Positions 18,180-26,842 of a DNA stretch of 64,000 nt are shown in pieces (within the stretch, counting starts at the first letter, position 1; every line of letters starts with the position of its first letter). Under the pieces are notes generated by a model. That model ran no database searches. It was not told the DNA's origin and worked only from the letters and a program-made list of their open reading frames with translations. Source of the DNA: Nannocystis bainbridge (lineage in GTDB: Bacteria; Myxococcota_A; Polyangia; Nannocystales; Nannocystaceae); NCBI RefSeq assembly GCF_028368995.1, contig NZ_JAQNDL010000001.1:2656001-2720000 (forward strand), in the 5' to 3' direction. Position numbers and translations under genes: made by a program.

Positions 18180-18623
18180 TCACGGCCGCCGGTTTTGCTT
18201 CCCGTTGGCGATCTTCAGCCGCAGCTCGAGCGTCTCCCAGTCCATCTTAAAATCCGGGACCTTGAGCTCGAGCGCCTCCTCGAGCGCCAGCAGCGTCGCG
18301 TAGAACACCAGCGGCGCCGTGGTCCCGCGGCTGCTCGTCGACACTCGCTTCAGCGTGACCACGAGCGCCCCCAGGTCGACGCGCCCCAGGCGGTGTAGCG
18401 CCTTCTCCTCGACGAAGCGGACCGCCGCCTCGATCGTGCTGCCGTGGGCCACCTCCCAGCCGCCGGCCGGCTCCTCGAGCTCGACCGTGAACGCATGCCG
18501 CTCGGCGGGCCGGACCTCGAGCGAGAGATCGACATAAAACCAGTGCCGGCCGAGCTCGCGCTGGACCCGTCCTCGGCCCCGCCGCCACGGCTGCGGCTGC
18601 GGGTCGCTCGGCTCGTCATGCAT
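18180..18623 (-). CDS. Hypothetical protein resembling a stand-alone EF-G domain IV (ribosomal S5 domain 2-like fold)
   Basis: From ATG 18623: GRGRVQRELGRHWFYVDLSLEVRP...IEAAVRFVEE...VVTLKRVSTSSRGTTAPLVFYATLLALEEAL. Resemblance judged by eye. Confidence 0.6.
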   Translation of the reverse strand: MHDEPSDPQPQPWRRGRGRVQRELGRHWFYVDLSLEVRPAERHAFTVELEEPAGGWEVAHGSTIEAAVRFVEEKALHRLGRVDLGALVVTLKRVSTSSRGTTAPLVFYATLLALEEALELKVPDFKMDWETLELRLKIANGKQNRRP

Positions 18624-18904
18624 GGGCCCTCGCGCTCGGATGTGCCACGCTCGCAGCCTACCCGAAACCGGCGCCGCCCCGCCCACGGCGCCGCTGGTGT
18701 GCTCGTCGGCGACGCCCGGGCCGACGAAATTTAGACCTGTCCCTCGGGCCATGTCCACGAGCGCGACCTCGCCCCGCGACGCGCTGTTCCCCCCCGCGCG
18801 ACCGCTTCGCCGCCCCCTGCAGGCCCCGCAGACCGACCTGCTCGCCTCCCTCGAGCGCCGCGCCACGCCTCCCCTCCGGCCGCCCGCGCGCGTAGACTCG
18901 CGCC

Positions 18905-19804
18905 GTGAAGGACCACCTCGGCGAGCTCGCGGCGCTCGGCACGGCCGTGTGCTGGGCGCTCGGCTCGCTCGCCTTCACGCGGGCCGGGCGGCGGATCGGC
19001 AGCTTGCCGCTCAACGTCATCCGCATGGCGCTCGCGCTGGTGTTCGCCGCGGTCGCCGGCCTCGCGCTGCGCGGGCGGGCCCTGCCGACCGACGCGACGG
19101 CGGACCAGTGGTGGTGGCTGGGGCTGTCCGGCTTCGTCGGCTATTTCCTCGGCGACCTGTGTCAGTTCCGGGCGTTCATCGAGATCGGTCCGCGCCTGAC
19201 GCTGCTGCTCATGGCGCTCGCTCCGCCGCTGACGGCCGTGATCGATTTCGCGGTGCTCGGCCAGCGGCTCGCCCCACTGTCGCTGACGGGCATGGCGATC
19301 ACCCTCGCGGGTGTCGCTTGGGTCCTGTCCGAAAGGACACCCGCAGGGGCGACGCCGGGGCCGGCCACGCCGCGGTTGCGGGGGATCTTGCTCGGGCTCG
19401 GGGGCGCGCTCGGGCAGGCGGTGGGGCTGGTGCTGAGCAAGCGCGGGATGGTCGGCTGCGAGCCGCTGGCGGGGGCGCAGATCCGGATGCTCGTCGGGCT
19501 CGGCTGCTTCGTCGCCCTGGTGCTGGCGACCTCGACCACGCCGCGCCTGCGAGCCGCCCTGCGCGACCGCGGCGCCCTCGGCTACGCCACCATCGGCGCG
19601 CTGCTCGGCCCCTTCCTCGGCGTCTCGCTGGCCCTGTTCGCGCTCCAGCGCACCTCCGCCGGGGTCGCAGCCAGCCTGCTCAGCACCTCGCCGATCTTCA
19701 TCATCCCGCTGGCCGCGCGCCTCGAGGGCGAGCGCGTCGGCGTGCGCGGGCTGCTCGGGGCCGTGGTCGCGGTCACCGGCGTGGCCCTGCTGTTCGCCGG
19801 CTGA
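18905..19804 (+). CDS. DMT/EamA-family transporter
   Basis: About 10 TM helices in two repeats; LSGFVGYFLGD..F.AF..IGPR; SLLSTSPIFIIPL. Confidence 0.92.
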   Translation: MKDHLGELAALGTAVCWALGSLAFTRAGRRIGSLPLNVIRMALALVFAAVAGLALRGRALPTDATADQWWWLGLSGFVGYFLGDLCQFRAFIEIGPRLTLLLMALAPPLTAVIDFAVLGQRLAPLSLTGMAITLAGVAWVLSERTPAGATPGPATPRLRGILLGLGGALGQAVGLVLSKRGMVGCEPLAGAQIRMLVGLGCFVALVLATSTTPRLRAALRDRGALGYATIGALLGPFLGVSLALFALQRTSAGVAASLLSTSPIFIIPLAARLEGERVGVRGLLGAVVAVTGVALLFAG

Positions 19805-19981
19805 GGCCCGCGTTCGCCAGTGGACCGTCGCCCGCGGCCCCCGCATGACGCCCGCGAAATCCTCGGAGCCCACCGCGGTCATCGGCCGAACCGCTGTCGG
19901 CCCGCCGGCACAATTCTCTCGTCGCCGGCGGCGCCGCGGGGCATTGCCCCTCGCCCGGTCCCCGCACAAAATTCACCCGCC

Positions 19982-20527
19982 ATGAGCACTCCCGACGCCG
20001 TCCTCGACTTCTGGTTCTCGCCGCCGGTCCGGCCCAAGTGGTTCGTCCGCTCCGACGACCTCGACCGGGACATCCGCGACCAGTTCGGCGAGCTGCACGC
20101 GCGGGCCGCCAGCGGCGCCCTCGACGGCTGGGCCGCCTCGTCGCGCGGCGCCCTCGCCCTCGTCATCCTGCTCGATCAGTTCCCGCGCAACATGTTCCGC
20201 GGCACCCCCGAGGCGTTCGCCACCGACGCCAAGGCCCGCGACGTCGCCAACGCCGCCCTGTCCGCCGGCCTCGAGCACGACCTGACCCAGGAGGAGCGGC
20301 TGTTCCTCTACCTGCCGCTCGAGCACAGCGAAGATCTGGCCGACCAGGAGCGCTGCGTCGAGTTGATGCGCGCCCTCGACGAGACGCCGATGTGGCTCGA
20401 CTACGCGATCCGCCACCGCGACATCATCGCCCGCTTCGGCCGCTTCCCCCACCGCAACTCCGTCCTCGGCCGCGAGAGCACCGGCGAGGAGTGTGAGTTC
20501 CTGATCCAGCCAGGCTCGTCGTTCTGA
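19982..20527 (+). CDS. DUF924-family protein
   Basis: VLDFWF, LALVILLDQFPRNMFRG, FLYLPLEHSEDL, HRDIIARFGRFPHRN.VLGREST. Confidence 0.95.
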   Translation: MSTPDAVLDFWFSPPVRPKWFVRSDDLDRDIRDQFGELHARAASGALDGWAASSRGALALVILLDQFPRNMFRGTPEAFATDAKARDVANAALSAGLEHDLTQEERLFLYLPLEHSEDLADQERCVELMRALDETPMWLDYAIRHRDIIARFGRFPHRNSVLGRESTGEECEFLIQPGSSF

Positions 20528-20542
20528 CGCGGCTGTGCTCCG

Positions 20543-20700
20543 GGACATGTCCGCCAGGGCATGTCTGAACGGGCATGGTTGATCGGGCATGTCCGAGAGG
20601 ACATGCCCGATGGTTCATTCACCGCGACGGGCCGGCTTCGCCCGACCCGGCTGGACGGTCAGCGACATGGCCTTTCGGTCATGTCCACTGGAACACGCGG
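20543..20700. repeat. 14-bp-period decamer arrays between convergent genes
   Basis: CATG cores at 20546, 20560, 20574, 20588, 20602 (CATT at 20616); second run at 20666, 20680, 20694. Confidence 0.9.
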
Positions 20701-21635
20701 CCGCGCTCGCCGTCCCAGCACCAGGGGGTCGCCGCGTCGAGCAGCGCCCCGCCGAGCCAGCGGGCCGGGGTGGCCCAGCGCGCGCGACCGGCCAGGGTCG
20801 CCAGGCCGGCCTCGGTGATCTCCGCCGTCAGCGCGCGCGGGTCCTCGCCAATGAGGCGCACCAGCGGCGCCTCGCCTCCGGCCAGCCGGCGCAGGCGGGC
20901 CAGCACCAGCAGGTCGGTGAGCCACGGGCGGGCCTCGGCGCGGCCGCAGGCCGCCAGCAGCTCCCCCACGTCGGCGCGGCCGCTGGCCAGCGCGGCCAGC
21001 AGCTGGCGCTCGGTGCGAGCCAGGCCGTCCTCACGACCTGGCCATTCGGCCAGGCTCAGCGCCAGCGCGGCGCGCAGCGCCGGCCAGACGACGAACGCCG
21101 CCGGATCGTCGACCAGCGCCTGCAGCCGCATCGGCGCCGGCGCGCGGTAGGCCGCCCAGGCGTGCACGGCCAGGGCGATCGCGGCCGGGTCGATGCGCTC
21201 GCGGGCCGCGAACGCCTGCGCCAGCGCGGCCTCGCCGAGCTCGCCCACGCTGCAGCCCGGGCGGACGGGGTCGTCGTCGGCGGTGACCCATGACAGCCGC
21301 GCTCCGGTCGGACCGAGCCGGGCGATCAGGGCCAGGGCCACCGCCTGGCAGAACCACTCGTTACCTGTCCAAAGGACCAGCTCGTCGCGCGCCGCCGCGG
21401 CCGCCAGCGCCTCGTCCTGGGCCCGCAGGCCGGCGCAGATCCGCGGCACGGCGTCGAGGTCGCCGATGTGGTCGGCCAGCCAGTCGGCGCGGATCTGGCG
21501 AAACGTCTCGTCGTCGACCTCCGCCGGGACCGGGCCCTCGCACAGCACCTCCGACCACTCGAGCCGCTCCCCGGGGACGCCGGCCTCGGCGAGCCGGGCC
21601 AGCAGCAAAGATCCGCCATGGACATGGATCGGCAC
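20679..21635 (-). CDS. DUF1835-domain protein
   Basis: (V)PIHVHGGS...WSEVLCEGPVP...R..WL...ELVLW..NEWFCQ...DGLARTERQLL; GTG 21635. Confidence 0.75.
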   Translation of the reverse strand: MPIHVHGGSLLLARLAEAGVPGERLEWSEVLCEGPVPAEVDDETFRQIRADWLADHIGDLDAVPRICAGLRAQDEALAAAAARDELVLWTGNEWFCQAVALALIARLGPTGARLSWVTADDDPVRPGCSVGELGEAALAQAFAARERIDPAAIALAVHAWAAYRAPAPMRLQALVDDPAAFVVWPALRAALALSLAEWPGREDGLARTERQLLAALASGRADVGELLAACGRAEARPWLTDLLVLARLRRLAGGEAPLVRLIGEDPRALTAEITEAGLATLAGRARWATPARWLGGALLDAATPWCWDGERGRVFQWT

Positions 21636-21776
21636 GCGCGAAGCATAGTGAACTCGCGCGCCCGCGCCCACCTCCACGCGGCGGACGGGCCACGGCCGAG
21701 CTCGCCGGCCTCGGTGCATGCACACCGAACTGGAGCCGGCGTCTCACCCGGGGAGCATGTCCCCCGGAGCGTGTCC

Positions 21777-24473
21777 TCAGTGCAGGCGGACCCGGCCCAT
21801 CATCAGCAGCAGCGCCGGCAGCACCAGGAGGCTGGCGAGCAGGCAGCTGGCGATGCCCATGACCATCACCGAGCCGAAGCTCTGCATGCCGCCGTAGTCG
21901 CTGAGGGTCAGCGAGGCGAAGCTGGCGATGGTGGTGAGGGCCGACAGCACCACCGCGCTGCCGGTGCCGCGGACCAGGTCGTCGAGGCGGGCGTGGCTGT
22001 GGTGCTGCTCGCTCTCCTGGCAGCGGTGCATCAGGTGGACGCCGAACGCGGTGCCGATGCCGATGACGAGCGGCAGCGAGACGATGTTGGCGACGTCGAA
22101 GGTGCGACCGACGGCGGCCATCAGCCCGAGCATCCACAGCCACCCGAGCACCGTCGGCACCAGCGCCAGCGCGCCGTCGCGGAGCGAGCGGAGCTGGAGG
22201 GTCACGACCGCGAGGATCAGCAGCGCCGCCCACAGCGCGGCCCGGCGGAAGCCGGCCACGATCATCGACGAGTGCAGCTCGATGTTGATCGCCAGGCCCG
22301 AGGCGTCGGGCGAGATGGCGGTGACGGCGTCGCGGAAGGCCGCCGCCGACTTCGACTCCCACGGCGACACGCCAGGAATCACGAACATCGCCAGGCCGCC
22401 GCCGTCGCGGGCGACGAAGCGGGTGCGGAACAGCGGCGGCAGGTCGCCCGGGGCGTAGCTGCCGCGCGCGGCCACGTTCTTGCCGGTGGTCCAGGCCCGG
22501 CCGAGCAGGTCGGCCATCTGCGGCTCGGCAGCGGCCAGCCGCTCGCGCTCCGCCGGCCCGGCCTTGTCGAGCCGCTCGCGCAGGGCGCGGAAGCTGGCCT
22601 GCGCCGCGTCGACCGCCTCGGTCGGCTGCCCGCCCTGCTGCAGAGCGAAGCGGACCTCGTCGAGCGCGTCGACGATCGCCTTGATCTTCGGCAGCAGCTC
22701 CTCCGGCGTGGTCTTGCGCGCGGCCAGCTTGGCGAAGTCGGGCAGCGGCCCGAGCTTGTCGATCGCCCGCAATTGCTCGAGCCGCGCGGCGTCGAGCGGC
22801 GGCAGCAGGTCGGTCGCCGTCTGCACCCCCGCGACCTCCGGCAGGGCCCGCAGCGCCTCGGCCTTGGCCCGCGCCGACTCGAGGTCGTCGGCCGCCACGT
22901 TGGCGTAGACCGGGCTCATAAGCGGGTCGCCCTCGAGCGCCTCGAGCGCGCGCACGGCCTCGCTGTTGCGCGGCAGGAAGTCGAAGTAGCGGCCGTTGAA
23001 GGCGATGCGCGACAGCCCCCAGCCGCCGCCGACAGCCGCCACCACCGCGAGAATGACGATGAACACCCGCGCGCTGGCGACGAAGCCGACCAGCCGGTGG
23101 ACCATCGGCGGCTCCTTCTTGACCGCCGCCAGCCCGGTCTTGCCGGCCAGGACCAGCAGCGAAGGCAACACGAACAGCGTCGCCAGGACCACGAACAGCA
23201 GGCCGATCGCGGTGATCACCCCGAGCTCGGCGTAGGCCGTGAAGTCGGAGCCCAGCGTGGTGAGGAACGCCAGCACCGTCACCAGCGCGCCGACCAGGAT
23301 CGGCGGCCCGGTGTGCAGCAGCGCCTCGCGGATCGCCGCCGTGACCGCCGAGCCCTTGCGCCGCTGCTCGTTGAAGCGGTGCATCATGTGCACGCCGAAA
23401 TCGATCCCGAGCCCGAGCAGCGTCGACACGAAGCTCGAGGTGATCAGGTTGAGGTAGCCGTAGATCCAGTAGACCGCGCCGAGCGTCAGCGCCAGCCCGG
23501 CCAGCAGCGGCACCAGGCTCAGCACCGTCTGCCGCAGCGACCGCAGCATCACCAGACACAGCACCACGATCGCCACGCCCGACCACACGCTCGACTGGAT
23601 GAGCCCGAGGCTGACGAGGTCTTGCTCCTCGCTGGCGAGCGCCGGCAGGCCGGTGATCGCGGCGGTGACGCCGACCGGCGCGCCCGCGACCGCCTCGTCG
23701 CGGATCTCCCGGATCTTCGCGATCATCGGCGCGAAGTCGCTGACCTCGTTGCCGATGAACTCGGGGAACACGCTGACGACGTGGTGCTGGCCGTCGACCG
23801 TCTGGAGGTAACCGGCCTCGTCGCGCCCGCGCACCGGCGCCTCGCCGGCCTGCGCCTGCATGGCCGCGCGCATGAGATCTTCGCCGGCGAGGTAGCGGTC
23901 GAACGTGCCCGCCAGCCCGCCCAGCTGCTTGAGGCCCTCGGCCGCGCGCGCCGGATCTTGCGGCGCGGCCTCGCCGTCGAGCCCCGCCTGCAGCTGCCCC
24001 TCGATCGCCCCGAACCACGCCGGCAGACCGCCCTCGACCAGCGGCGCGAGCGCGACGTCGGGCGGCAGGCCACCTGTCACTTGAGACAGGATCTCCGGGC
24101 GCTGGAGCAGCAGCACCTCCGCGACCTCGCTCGGACCTACGCGGGCGAGCACGCGGCCGTGCAGCTCCGGCACCGCCTCGAACCCGGCGATCAGGCGGTC
24201 GACGACCGCGCGGCGGTCCTCGGGCCGCTCGCCCGAGACCACCAGCACCGGCGCGTCGGGGTTGCCGAAGCGCTCGAAGAACCGCAGCATCCGCGCCTGG
24301 TCGGGGTTGTCGTCCGACACCAAGCCGTAGCGCGACGTCGACACTCGCAGCTGCGGCAGCGTCACCGCCGAGGCGGCCACCAACACACCCGCGACCGCCA
24401 GTACGAGCCCGGGGCGGCCCAGGCTGATGTCGGCGATGCGGGAGAAAAACCGGTGCGGGAGGGATTCGGGCAT
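21777..24473 (-). CDS. MMPL/RND lipid transporter (HpnN-like)
   Basis: From ATG 24473 MPESLPHR; two TM bundles with LLGLGIDFGVH and LVIGIGTAFGVH; SALTTIASFASL. Confidence 0.88.
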   Translation of the reverse strand: MPESLPHRFFSRIADISLGRPGLVLAVAGVLVAASAVTLPQLRVSTSRYGLVSDDNPDQARMLRFFERFGNPDAPVLVVSGERPEDRRAVVDRLIAGFEAVPELHGRVLARVGPSEVAEVLLLQRPEILSQVTGGLPPDVALAPLVEGGLPAWFGAIEGQLQAGLDGEAAPQDPARAAEGLKQLGGLAGTFDRYLAGEDLMRAAMQAQAGEAPVRGRDEAGYLQTVDGQHHVVSVFPEFIGNEVSDFAPMIAKIREIRDEAVAGAPVGVTAAITGLPALASEEQDLVSLGLIQSSVWSGVAIVVLCLVMLRSLRQTVLSLVPLLAGLALTLGAVYWIYGYLNLITSSFVSTLLGLGIDFGVHMMHRFNEQRRKGSAVTAAIREALLHTGPPILVGALVTVLAFLTTLGSDFTAYAELGVITAIGLLFVVLATLFVLPSLLVLAGKTGLAAVKKEPPMVHRLVGFVASARVFIVILAVVAAVGGGWGLSRIAFNGRYFDFLPRNSEAVRALEALEGDPLMSPVYANVAADDLESARAKAEALRALPEVAGVQTATDLLPPLDAARLEQLRAIDKLGPLPDFAKLAARKTTPEELLPKIKAIVDALDEVRFALQQGGQPTEAVDAAQASFRALRERLDKAGPAERERLAAAEPQMADLLGRAWTTGKNVAARGSYAPGDLPPLFRTRFVARDGGGLAMFVIPGVSPWESKSAAAFRDAVTAISPDASGLAINIELHSSMIVAGFRRAALWAALLILAVVTLQLRSLRDGALALVPTVLGWLWMLGLMAAVGRTFDVANIVSLPLVIGIGTAFGVHLMHRCQESEQHHSHARLDDLVRGTGSAVVLSALTTIASFASLTLSDYGGMQSFGSVMVMGIASCLLASLLVLPALLLMMGRVRLH

Positions 24474-24665
24474 CGACGGACCGCCCTGAGCTATACTCGG
24501 GCCCTGCTCTGGGCAACTTATCCAGGTTTTTTGCCCGCGCCGCGCGCCCCCAAGTGTGACGCGGAGCACATGTCGCCCCCTAACGCCGCGGGGCCCCACG
24601 TGAAAGCCCGTTCGGGCGGTCCGGCCGCGCGCGTGAGCGGGCCTCGTGGACGGTTCGGCTCGCGG

Positions 24666-25190
24666 GTGGCCCAGCGAGCGATCCTCCTGCTCGGCCTGCT
24701 CGCGGCCGGGTGCGGCTTCACCAGCAAGGATCGCCGCGCCGTCGAGGGCGTGCTGAGCGAGCAGGCCGAGGCGTGGAACCACGGCGACCTCGAGGGTTTC
24801 CTGCGCGCCTACGAACCGTCGGAGGCGCTGGTGTTCACCAGTGGTGGCGCGATCCGGCGCGGCTTCGTCGCCGCTCGCGCTCGCTATCTCGAGCGCTATG
24901 GCGCGCGCGGGATCGAGTCGATGGGCCACCTCGAATTCACGGTCGTCGACGTCCGCGGCATCGGCCGCGACGCCGCGGTGGTCCTCGGGCGCTGGCGTCT
25001 CACGCAGACGGAAGCGGCCGGCGCGGGTGTCTTCACGCTGGTGCTCCAGCGCGACGCTCGCGGCTGGACCATCGTCCACGACCACACCTCTGTCGACAGC
25101 GCCGGCCCACCTCCCGCGGCCGGCGCCGACACGTCCGCGTCCACGTCGTCGCGAAAACAGTCGCACACGGACAGTCGCCCTGAGCTATAG
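24666..25190 (+). CDS. NTF2/SnoaL-like (DUF4440/YybH) lipoprotein
   Basis: Lipobox LLGLLAAGC; QAEAWNHGDLEGFL..Y, MGHLEF, G.FTLV, WTIVHDHTS. Start could be 24570. Confidence 0.85.
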   Translation: MAQRAILLLGLLAAGCGFTSKDRRAVEGVLSEQAEAWNHGDLEGFLRAYEPSEALVFTSGGAIRRGFVAARARYLERYGARGIESMGHLEFTVVDVRGIGRDAAVVLGRWRLTQTEAAGAGVFTLVLQRDARGWTIVHDHTSVDSAGPPPAAGADTSASTSSRKQSHTDSRPEL

Positions 25191-25234
25191 TCGCGGTCGA
25201 CCTTAAACCTCTGTTTTCGCGCGGGAGAGTGGTG

Positions 25235-26545
25235 ATGCGACGTTTTTCGGGTGTTCTGTTCTTGGCAACTTTCGGGCTCGTGGGCGGCTGTGGCGACAAC
25301 GGTAGCGACACGCAGGGCGCGACCGGCAACATGATGACGACGACGTTGCCGCCGCTGACGACGACCGACCCGGGCACCAGCACCGGCACGGTCACGGACA
25401 CCGAGCCGACCACCACCGAGGGCACCGTCAGCGCCACCGACTCGAGCACCGCGCCGACCACCACCGAGGGCCCGACCAGCACCACCGAGCCGGTCGACAC
25501 CACCGCGGGTCCGACCACCGAGCCGCTGACGACGACCACGCTGTCGACGATGGGCACCACCGGCGACACGCCGTGTCAGGAGATCTCCGTCACCGTCCAG
25601 CCGGTCAAGCCGAACACCATGCTCGTGCTCGACAAGTCGGGCTCGATGCTGCAGAAGTGGGACGCCGACGCCGACCCCGCCACGCCCGACGTGACCCGCT
25701 GGTACAGCCTCTACGGGGTCGTCAACCAGGTCCTGACCGACTTCAACGGCAGCTTCAACTTCGGCATGAACCTGTTCCCGTCGAAGAGCGCGCTCGGCGA
25801 GTACAAGAACACCGCCTGCCTCGTCAACGACATGGTCGAGGTGCCGGTCGCCGAGAACAACAAGGACGCGATCATCGCGGTCCTGCCGGGCCAGAGCAAC
25901 ATGACGATCGCCGGCGGCACCCCGACCGCGCTCGGCATGACGGCCGCGCTGACCCACCTCAAGTCGCTCGACCCGACGGTGCCGCGCATCGTCATGCTCG
26001 TCACCGACGGCGCCGCCAACTGCAGCACCACCGCCGACACGCTGACCAAGCTGTTCGAGGAGTACGACGCCAACCTGGCCCCGATCGTCGGCGACGCCTT
26101 CACGGTCGACAGCATCCCGACCTACGTCATCGGCATCGCCATCGACAACGCGCCGAACCCGAACGTCCAGGACGGCAACCCCAACATGATCAACCCGTAC
26201 GAGAAGCTCAACGAGCTGGCGACGCTCGGCGGGACGGCCAAGGCGGGCGACGAGAAGTTCTACAGCGCCAAGAACGCCATCGAGCTCAGCGACGCGCTCA
26301 ACGCCATCGTCGCCGACGCGCAGAGCTGCATCATCCCGCTCGACTCGCCGCCGGCGTTCCCCGACAAGACGATCGTCAAGCTCGGCGCCACCGAGGTGCC
26401 GCTGATCGCCGACTGCGCCACCGAGAACGGCTGGCACTACGTCGAGCCGATGCCGTACATGGCGATCGAGCTGTGCGGCACCGCCTGCGGCGACCTCAAG
26501 ATCGCCGGCGAAGCCGACGTCGAGTACTACTGCGACGCCGGCTGA
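25235..26545 (+). CDS. vWA-domain lipoprotein with Thr-rich linker (CglB-like architecture)
   Basis: Lipobox GLVGGC; intact MIDAS VLDKSGSM, GGTPT, LVTDG; Cys-rich C-terminal cap (IELCGTAC). Confidence 0.9.
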   Translation: MRRFSGVLFLATFGLVGGCGDNGSDTQGATGNMMTTTLPPLTTTDPGTSTGTVTDTEPTTTEGTVSATDSSTAPTTTEGPTSTTEPVDTTAGPTTEPLTTTTLSTMGTTGDTPCQEISVTVQPVKPNTMLVLDKSGSMLQKWDADADPATPDVTRWYSLYGVVNQVLTDFNGSFNFGMNLFPSKSALGEYKNTACLVNDMVEVPVAENNKDAIIAVLPGQSNMTIAGGTPTALGMTAALTHLKSLDPTVPRIVMLVTDGAANCSTTADTLTKLFEEYDANLAPIVGDAFTVDSIPTYVIGIAIDNAPNPNVQDGNPNMINPYEKLNELATLGGTAKAGDEKFYSAKNAIELSDALNAIVADAQSCIIPLDSPPAFPDKTIVKLGATEVPLIADCATENGWHYVEPMPYMAIELCGTACGDLKIAGEADVEYYCDAG

Positions 26546-26772
26546 TCGTGTTGCCGCCGCAGCCACGAGCCGCACGCCCCCCGGGCGCGCGGCTCGTCTG
26601 CTTTCTGCGCCATGACCTCGCACCTCGGCCCGGCGCGCGGCCCTGAGCCGCACCCTCGGCGCGCGGCTCGTCCGCTCTCTGCCCCCCGACCCGGCGGGCC
26701 GACCTCACGACCCGCGCGAGCCCTGCTCAGTGAGCCGAAGAGGCCGACGGGCGCGGCCCGCCGCGCTCCCGG

Positions 26773-26838
26773 CCGAGTGTCCCGCAGGACATGCCCCATC
26801 AAGCATGTCCTCGACGCCATGTCCCCCAGGACATGCCC
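26773..26838. repeat. 14-bp-period decamer array between convergent genes
   Basis: Cores at 26776, 26790, 26804, 26818, 26832. Confidence 0.9.
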
Positions 26839-26842
26839 CTTA

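Noticed and set aside
20543-20622. Match of the decamer to the eukaryotic p53 half-site RRRCWWGYYY
   Set aside because: The sequence resemblance is real, but the context is clearly bacterial and there is no evidence of a p53-like protein; treated as coincidence.
25235-26545. Naming the vWA lipoprotein cglB and the MMPL transporter hpnN
   Set aside because: The architectures are similar, but these families are expanded, there is no supporting gene context and orthology cannot be shown by eye.
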